This document shows, piece by piece, positions 15,143 to 20,000 of a stretch of DNA of 20,000 bases (positions are counted from its first letter, which is position 1; each line of letters begins with the position of its first letter). The DNA comes from an uncultured virus (IMG/VR IMGVR_UViG_3300050821_011071) (Duplodnaviria > Heunggongvirae > Uroviricota > Caudoviricetes). The DNA lies in IMG/VR virus record IMGVR_UViG_3300050821_011071. One strand, 5' to 3'. The position numbers were made by a program, and so were the translations under genes. The notes beneath the pieces were generated by a model. The model saw only the letters and a program-made list of their open reading frames with translations. It was not told the DNA's origin and did no database searches.

Positions 15143-16800
15143 TATGCCCTCCAATTTCCGTTATAAATCGTGATGATGGTGCGTTTGCCATTCGAGTATG
15201 TTACAACGTGGCTGTTTGTCCAATTGCTAGGACCTTTGGTATAATCCCAGCGCAACTTCGAGCTGGTGCCTGCTACATACAAACCGTTGAAGATGCCGGT
15301 CGCATGCGTGTGTGCCGTGTTGGCTTTACGTGCCATCTTAGACAAATTCTCCGGCGTTCCGAAGCGCCCCGCGGGTCCGAGGTGGCCGTGCATGCCGTTC
15401 TCAATCTTACCGTTGCAGGTCTTGAAAGGTTCATCAGCGAGCAAAAACTTCGTCTTGGGCTTGTAACCGCCAAACTTTCTGAGTGCGTATTCGAGCACGT
15501 TGACGTCGCGCGGCATTTTCGGATTCGCTACCCGGGCGCGGGATTGTTCATCAGTTACACCGTTGCGAATCTGTCCGTACAAATACGCTTGCAGGTCGAG
15601 AAAGATTTCCGTGTTCGGCGGGTCCTTGCGATAATCGTACTCGCGGAGCCAGCGTTTAATCCACGCGTCGTCATGATTCGAATCGACAATTACGGTCTTC
15701 GAGAATGGGCGCTCGTAGCGCTCAAGCAACTTAGCCGTGTCTACGAGCTCATTGTCGAGCTTGTGATAGCCGCGAAGCCAAGTGTGAAACTTCTCGTGGT
15801 TCGTGTTATACTTGCGCTGATGCGGGTTAACCGCGGCACCCTCCATTACATCATGCAAGAACTGATACTTTGGTTGAAGCTCGTCGACCATCTTCAATGA
15901 TGTCTCAACCACTGTTGGGTCGGCAAAAGTCCCGTGCAGGTCGCCGTGCGTAATTGATTCGACGCGGACACCTTCCGTAACCTTACCATCTTTGACGAGC
16001 ACTCCCAAATCTTGCAAGGTGCCGGTGCCTTCGTCCTGATTAAGCTGGCGAACCCACCAATTACCTTCTGAATTCACCTCGACCAGCAAGGCACCGTAGA
16101 TGTGATGAAACTCAGCTATCACACCTTCGCGCTTCTGAATATAATTGCGCTGAGTGACGGTGCCCGTGGTGTAATTCAACTTCACGCCCTCGCCTTGCAT
16201 AGTTGCGATTGAGCGCATCGCGAGTTTAGCATGAGGAAAAATTGCAGACTTGCGACCAGTATATGATTCAAGGCCCGCGAGCGGACTCACGTTCGTTGGC
16301 AAAGCGTTGTACTCTCCGGCCCACACGAGGCCTTTGCCGAGCTCGATGCGGTAATCCTTGATGTATAGCTCAATGGCTGGGTCATACCAAAGCTGGTTTT
16401 GATACCCTTTGTGTTTTCCGCGTTTCACGGCGAGCTTGCCGTAGTGATTTTGATTGTATGTGTACGTGCCTACGATAATTTCCGCGTCATAATACTTAGC
16501 TAGCGCTTCGAGATTGTCTAAGAGTTCACGGTGGACATATGTGTTGTTTTGCGCCGATGTTAAGATGTAGCGATTAATTTGTCCCTTCGCAGGAAGCTTG
16601 CGAACTTCAGTCTTGGTGCCTTCTTTGGTCCCGGCGGCCAGTGGCTTCTTGCCAAGACCGGCCTTGAGGATTCGCTCGCGGACAGTGCTACGCGCGACGC
16701 CTAGTTCTTTCGCAGTGGCGCGAATGTTTCCGCCATTCGATTCGTACACAGCTACCGTAGCTTCTACAAGCTTCTGTTCTGCTTCCTTGTTATGCGCCAT
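15142..16800 (-). CDS. Phage T5 A1-like nuclease: N-terminal HTH plus calcineurin-like metallophosphoesterase domain
   Basis: HTH NIRATAKELGVARSTVR and metal motifs GDLHG, HDV, DSNHD, HGH and AHTH. TSAQNNT, NYIQK..G..AEFHH.YGALLVE and the C-terminal TYSNGKRT match the T5 A1 family as I recall it. Confidence 0.8.
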   Translation of the reverse strand: MAHNKEAEQKLVEATVAVYESNGGNIRATAKELGVARSTVRERILKAGLGKKPLAAGTKEGTKTEVRKLPAKGQINRYILTSAQNNTYVHRELLDNLEALAKYYDAEIIVGTYTYNQNHYGKLAVKRGKHKGYQNQLWYDPAIELYIKDYRIELGKGLVWAGEYNALPTNVSPLAGLESYTGRKSAIFPHAKLAMRSIATMQGEGVKLNYTTGTVTQRNYIQKREGVIAEFHHIYGALLVEVNSEGNWWVRQLNQDEGTGTLQDLGVLVKDGKVTEGVRVESITHGDLHGTFADPTVVETSLKMVDELQPKYQFLHDVMEGAAVNPHQRKYNTNHEKFHTWLRGYHKLDNELVDTAKLLERYERPFSKTVIVDSNHDDAWIKRWLREYDYRKDPPNTEIFLDLQAYLYGQIRNGVTDEQSRARVANPKMPRDVNVLEYALRKFGGYKPKTKFLLADEPFKTCNGKIENGMHGHLGPAGRFGTPENLSKMARKANTAHTHATGIFNGLYVAGTSSKLRWDYTKGPSNWTNSHVVTYSNGKRTIITIYNGNWRA

Positions 16801-16811
16801 CTTGTCTCCGG

Positions 16812-17042
16812 TTAGTAAACTTTTTCAACAACAGAAGTTCTAGTTACGGTCTTCTTGTACTTTTCGACTCGTATCAATTCGTAAACTGCGACTTCCTTTT
16901 CTTTATCGTTATCCGGGACTACGCTCTCTAAATGTCCGCTGCCGACTAATCGCTTCGGTGGGTTACTACAGGATGAAAATCCCAGATAAATTGGTTCTTC
17001 AGTCACATACAGTCTTGTGGGGAATTCCTTTTTCTCTTCCAT
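16812..17042 (-). CDS. Hypothetical protein (76 aa)
   Basis: Abuts the upstream stop codon, with a GAGGAG RBS. Confidence 0.65.
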   Translation of the reverse strand: MEEKKEFPTRLYVTEEPIYLGFSSCSNPPKRLVGSGHLESVVPDNDKEKEVAVYELIRVEKYKKTVTRTSVVEKVY

Positions 17043-17777
17043 CTATACTGCTCCTCTGACCCAGATGCCGCCCACAAATCCTACAATCGCCCCCCACTTG
17101 AATCCGCTAAGCCATGCTTTCTTTTGCTTCACTGCCGCGAGCTTCTGGTCATCTTTGCGTGCTGCTTGTTCATCAGTCAATTGCTTTGATAGTCCAGTTA
17201 TTGATTCATCTTTCTTGGCTGAGAGTGTATTGCAGCCTTTGAGTTCGTTCTGTGTGTCGAGGAGTTGTTCGGTGAGCGGCGCGACCTTTTCTAGCTCGTT
17301 GACTGTGGTGTGGGCGGCATCAGTGGTGACCGCAATGGTTCCGTCTGGTTTTGGTGTGACACTGTCCGCCGGGAGCGAGAGAAGTGATATCCATCGCGCG
17401 GAGAGCTCAGGCAGCGGGAGATTTTGGTCAATTTTTTGCTGCACAATTAACTTTTGTTTAGAAGCTGCAATCTGGGCTTCGAGCTGCAAATTCTTAGCTG
17501 CGATTTCGAGTTTAAGTTGTGCCAGTTGTTCGCTTAATGCTTTATTAGCTGCGGTGTCCGTGTCGACTTTTTGCTGGGCGATGTTCGCAATTCGCTTATC
17601 GTGATTTTCCCATGCGGTCAATCCCTTCTCCCCGAAGTGAAACAGGAGAGCGGCGGACAGCCCGATGACTATCAGTTTCTCGTGTGCTTTAATGAACGCG
17701 GCCCAATGCTTGACTATCGCCTCTGTTGTTGTAATCCATGATGGTATCAGTGTCGGATTTGCTGACGTTTCTGTCAT
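17043..17777 (-). CDS. Membrane-anchored coiled-coil protein
   Basis: Hydrophobic segments LIVIGLSAALLFHF and WGAIVGFVGGIWV flank heptad-rich regions. Confidence 0.7.
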   Translation of the reverse strand: MTETSANPTLIPSWITTTEAIVKHWAAFIKAHEKLIVIGLSAALLFHFGEKGLTAWENHDKRIANIAQQKVDTDTAANKALSEQLAQLKLEIAAKNLQLEAQIAASKQKLIVQQKIDQNLPLPELSARWISLLSLPADSVTPKPDGTIAVTTDAAHTTVNELEKVAPLTEQLLDTQNELKGCNTLSAKKDESITGLSKQLTDEQAARKDDQKLAAVKQKKAWLSGFKWGAIVGFVGGIWVRGAV

Positions 17778-17793
17778 TTATGTCTCCAACTGA

Positions 17794-18228
17794 CTACGAT
17801 TCTGGGGCATGTCTTTTCTTCGCTTTTTGTTCTCTCTTCAAGAGTTTTCGATGTTTTTTCGTCCCGACTCGCCCGGCGTATCCGTACACCTTTGTGCCTA
17901 ATGCCTTTACCGCTGGCGGGTCTTTCACGTAGGCCGCTAGCTTCTCAATGATTGTGACTAACGAGATGCCGGGAATCTTGTGCATGCCCAGACGTACGAA
18001 CGCGTTCTCTATCTTGCCGAGAAGCGGATTACATTTGCTGCACAAAAGACCGCGGATGAGCCCATCCAAGTGACTGTGGTCGACGGCCAATCTTTGACCA
18101 GCGCGGTCGTTGGGTCTGCCACAAATCCAACAAACTTTGTTCTGATAACAATAGATAATTTCCCACTGCTTAACAGTGAGCTTAAAATTGTCCCACAACC
18201 GTTTCGCTCGCGCTTTCTCGCTTTCCAC
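17794..18228 (-). CDS. Recombination endonuclease VII family (His-Me finger)
   Basis: QNKVCWIC...LAVDHSH..GLIRGLLCSKCN.LLG. GTG start. Confidence 0.9.
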   Translation of the reverse strand: MESEKARAKRLWDNFKLTVKQWEIIYCYQNKVCWICGRPNDRAGQRLAVDHSHLDGLIRGLLCSKCNPLLGKIENAFVRLGMHKIPGISLVTIIEKLAAYVKDPPAVKALGTKVYGYAGRVGTKKHRKLLKREQKAKKRHAPES

Positions 18229-18374
18229 CGGGGTTCTCCCCTTGACTGGTAAAGTGGGGCATCCTCCCAGTGAGAGTACCCCTCGGGGAATCTCAAAATT
18301 CGACTATCACTTTCTGACTGATATGATTTTTACCATTTCCGAAATCACGTTTCGCCCGGGTTACCTTTCGCTGT

Positions 18375-18611
18375 TTATTCGATATTTATTCGCCTGTGGT
18401 CGACCTCGGTTCCCTCCGTGTCGCGGTAAAATGTTGATATGCTTCGAGTTGGGTCTTCGTAGACCATTGCCGCAGCACAAATGTGGCAGTACACGGGCTC
18501 CGTGGTGCCTTCCTCTACGTAAAAAGGCCCGATATCATCAGCGAAGATGCGCTTATTACACCCTCGGCAAAATGTGTTGTGCTTTGGCCCATTGATTGCT
18601 ACGAGTTTCAC
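18375..18611 (-). CDS. Hypothetical Zn-finger protein (78 aa)
   Basis: CRGC...CHIC. GTG at 18611 overlaps the upstream stop, with a GGAGG RBS. Confidence 0.6.
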   Translation of the reverse strand: MKLVAINGPKHNTFCRGCNKRIFADDIGPFYVEEGTTEPVYCHICAAAMVYEDPTRSISTFYRDTEGTEVDHRRINIE

Positions 18612-18763
18612 TGCGCCTCCCGGGCGAGCTCTGGGTGGCTTGCTAGAATGCGCGTAATAATTTCGCACTCGGGCCCGTCGTCTGCCGGGTCATATTCGTA
18701 CACACCATTGAATAGCGCTAGTTGGTACTCTTGATGCGCAGTGAATTCGGCTTTTTCAATCAT
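18608..18763 (-). CDS. Hypothetical protein (51 aa)
   Basis: ATG at 18763 in an ATGA overlap, with a GGAGG RBS. Confidence 0.55.
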   Translation of the reverse strand: MIEKAEFTAHQEYQLALFNGVYEYDPADDGPECEIITRILASHPELAREAQ

Positions 18764-19146
18764 TGTTTTGCCTCCGGATTGCATGACTTGTATTTCTTTG
18801 CTCGCCACTGGCGGTCAATCACAAGATTGGTTAATCCGTAACGCTTGGCTGTGATGAAACAGACTTTGCATTCCATGATATCGTACACTCCCATACGCGG
18901 GTCGACCACGGTTATCGCGTTCATCTTCTGCCAGTCGTGTTGCGCTACAGCATCGTTTCCCTCGAACGTAACATCTAAAAGCTTGCGCACCTTCTCTCCC
19001 GGGCGTAGTGTGTTGTTAAAGTTTTCGACGGTCGCCTCTGCCCATTCGCGCGCTTCCTTTTCGGTGCGAATGTCGGTCTTATTATAATCCTCAATCCACG
19101 GCGCGTCTTCCTTGCCGAGGTGAGCAACATGTAGATTGAACTTCAT
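18760..19146 (-). CDS. Hypothetical protein (128 aa)
   Basis: AGGAGG RBS, ATGA overlap, CKVC motif. Confidence 0.7.
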   Translation of the reverse strand: MKFNLHVAHLGKEDAPWIEDYNKTDIRTEKEAREWAEATVENFNNTLRPGEKVRKLLDVTFEGNDAVAQHDWQKMNAITVVDPRMGVYDIMECKVCFITAKRYGLTNLVIDRQWRAKKYKSCNPEAKQ

Positions 19147-19328
19147 TGTGTCGCCTCCTGAAATTGTGCGGGCTGCTCATACGGAGTACGGGCGCAATGC
19201 TCGCACGCGGGCAGCCAAGGGCCTTGCTGGGCATATTGTGGGCGTCGCTGATAGCCTGCCTCGGTCTTGAGGCAGCCCGGGAGCCTGACTTCACATTTGT
19301 CCTTTTCATATCCTACGCGGTCACTCAT
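19143..19328 (-). CDS. Small Cys-rich hypothetical protein
   Basis: CEVRLPGC...ACEHC, with ATGA overlaps. Confidence 0.6.
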   Translation of the reverse strand: MSDRVGYEKDKCEVRLPGCLKTEAGYQRRPQYAQQGPWLPACEHCARTPYEQPAQFQEATQ

Positions 19329-19534
19329 CGAATGCGTTCCTCGTGGTCATAGAGCAAACCTAAGATTCCCGAAAACAAATTTTGCTCTTTAGTAAACGCG
19401 CCGCGTGGGTTCAGATTCCACATTTGTATAGCTAGTTCGTCTAGCCTTTCTTGAAAAGAGACGGTGGTCCTATTTACTTGTGGTGGCGGATTGAAAAGGT
19501 CGCGCGGGGTCGGTCGATATTTCATATTAACCAT
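19325..19534 (-). CDS. Hypothetical protein (69 aa)
   Basis: AGGAGG RBS and operon continuity. Confidence 0.6.
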   Translation of the reverse strand: MVNMKYRPTPRDLFNPPPQVNRTTVSFQERLDELAIQMWNLNPRGAFTKEQNLFSGILGLLYDHEERIR

Positions 19535-19680
19535 ATCCCTCCTGCGGCAGTTTGTTTCCAGCCGGAATATTTCATCCAGCTAGGTCGCAAGCCGGGCTGC
19601 CACTCTTCGCGGTAGTGCTCCAATGTGTACTTGCGAAGTTGAGAAAGGTGCTCCCACTCGCCTTCGGGGTTTGGTTTCAT
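19522..19680 (-). CDS. Hypothetical protein (52 aa)
   Basis: ATG at 19680, directly after the upstream stop at 19682. Confidence 0.5.
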   Translation of the reverse strand: MKPNPEGEWEHLSQLRKYTLEHYREEWQPGLRPSWMKYSGWKQTAAGGIWLI

Positions 19681-19681
19681 G

Positions 19682-20000
19682 CTACTTTCCAATCTTTGCG
19701 AACATTTGAATGAAGAGGCCGTATTGTTCAATCTCTTCCTTCGTGTACCCCTCGGCGTGACCGATGGCTTTGTAGTGCTCTTGCCAGTAAGCAAACGTGT
19801 GCTCATGGCAGCCAATAGCAATATGACCGTACTTGCTATTAGTGAGAGCGTGTTTGGTGCCTTGGATATAAAGAGGAGAAGACACCCACGCGTCGCCGGA
19901 CACCCGCGCGTTGCCGTACACCCGCGCGTTGCCGTACACCCACGCGTCGCCGTACACCCACGCGTCGCCGGACACCTGCGCGTTGCCGTACACCCGCGCG
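19682..20000 (-). CDS. Partial phage hexapeptide-repeat (V[YS]G[ND]A[RWQ]) beta-helix protein, 5' end outside the window
   Basis: Repeats followed by IAIGCHEHTFAYW. Confidence 0.75.
   Translation of the reverse strand, partial: ARVYGNAQVSGDAWVYGDAWVYGNARVYGNARVSGDAWVSSPLYIQGTKHALTNSKYGHIAIGCHEHTFAYWQEHYKAIGHAEGYTKEEIEQYGLFIQMFAKIGK
19881..20000. repeat. 18-bp coding tandem repeat, at least 6.7 copies
   Basis: kacaccyrcgcgtygccg units start at 19881, 19899, 19917, 19935, 19953, 19971 and 19989. Confidence 0.95.

Noticed and set aside
14505..15900. Long + strand ORFs (222 aa and 271 aa) and other antisense ORFs
   Set aside because: They are shadows of well-supported minus-strand genes and show no motifs.
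1..20000. tRNA/rRNA genes, integrase, transposase, reverse transcriptase (DGR/retron)
   Set aside because: No cloverleaf or diagnostic motifs were recognised by eye. A tRNAscan/HMM run was not possible.

Overview
This is a bacteriophage (or prophage) replication, recombination and nucleotide-metabolism region. Every credible gene is on the minus strand, and many are translationally coupled by ATGA/GTGA/TAATG overlaps. In transcription order (right to left) it carries small hypothetical genes, endonuclease VII, a T5 A1-like metallophosphoesterase nuclease, a dNMP kinase, an HD phosphohydrolase, a DEDDh exonuclease, an SSB-like protein, a Prim-Pol primase, a family A DNA polymerase split into two ORFs, then a putative ssDNA-annealing protein, a UvrD helicase and a PD-(D/E)XK nuclease. 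The main find is a cassette with its own promoters between the polymerase and the recombination genes (about 4700-6540). It comprises a GIY-YIG/T5orf172 gene, a stand-alone Cas7/RAMP-like gene (5389-5967) and a ~650-bp non-coding array. The array has 8 units of 12-15 pentamers, each a conserved triplet (mostly GAY, generally RRY, on the transcribed strand) alternating with a variable dinucleotide, separated by a ~12-nt CAAAATTTTCTY linker. It is not a CRISPR array. It looks like a programmable guide-RNA system with a non-contiguous code, resembling my recollection of the phage VIPR systems (GGY/NN) but with a GAY-dominated scaffold. All protein calls come from motif recognition by eye; no database search was run.
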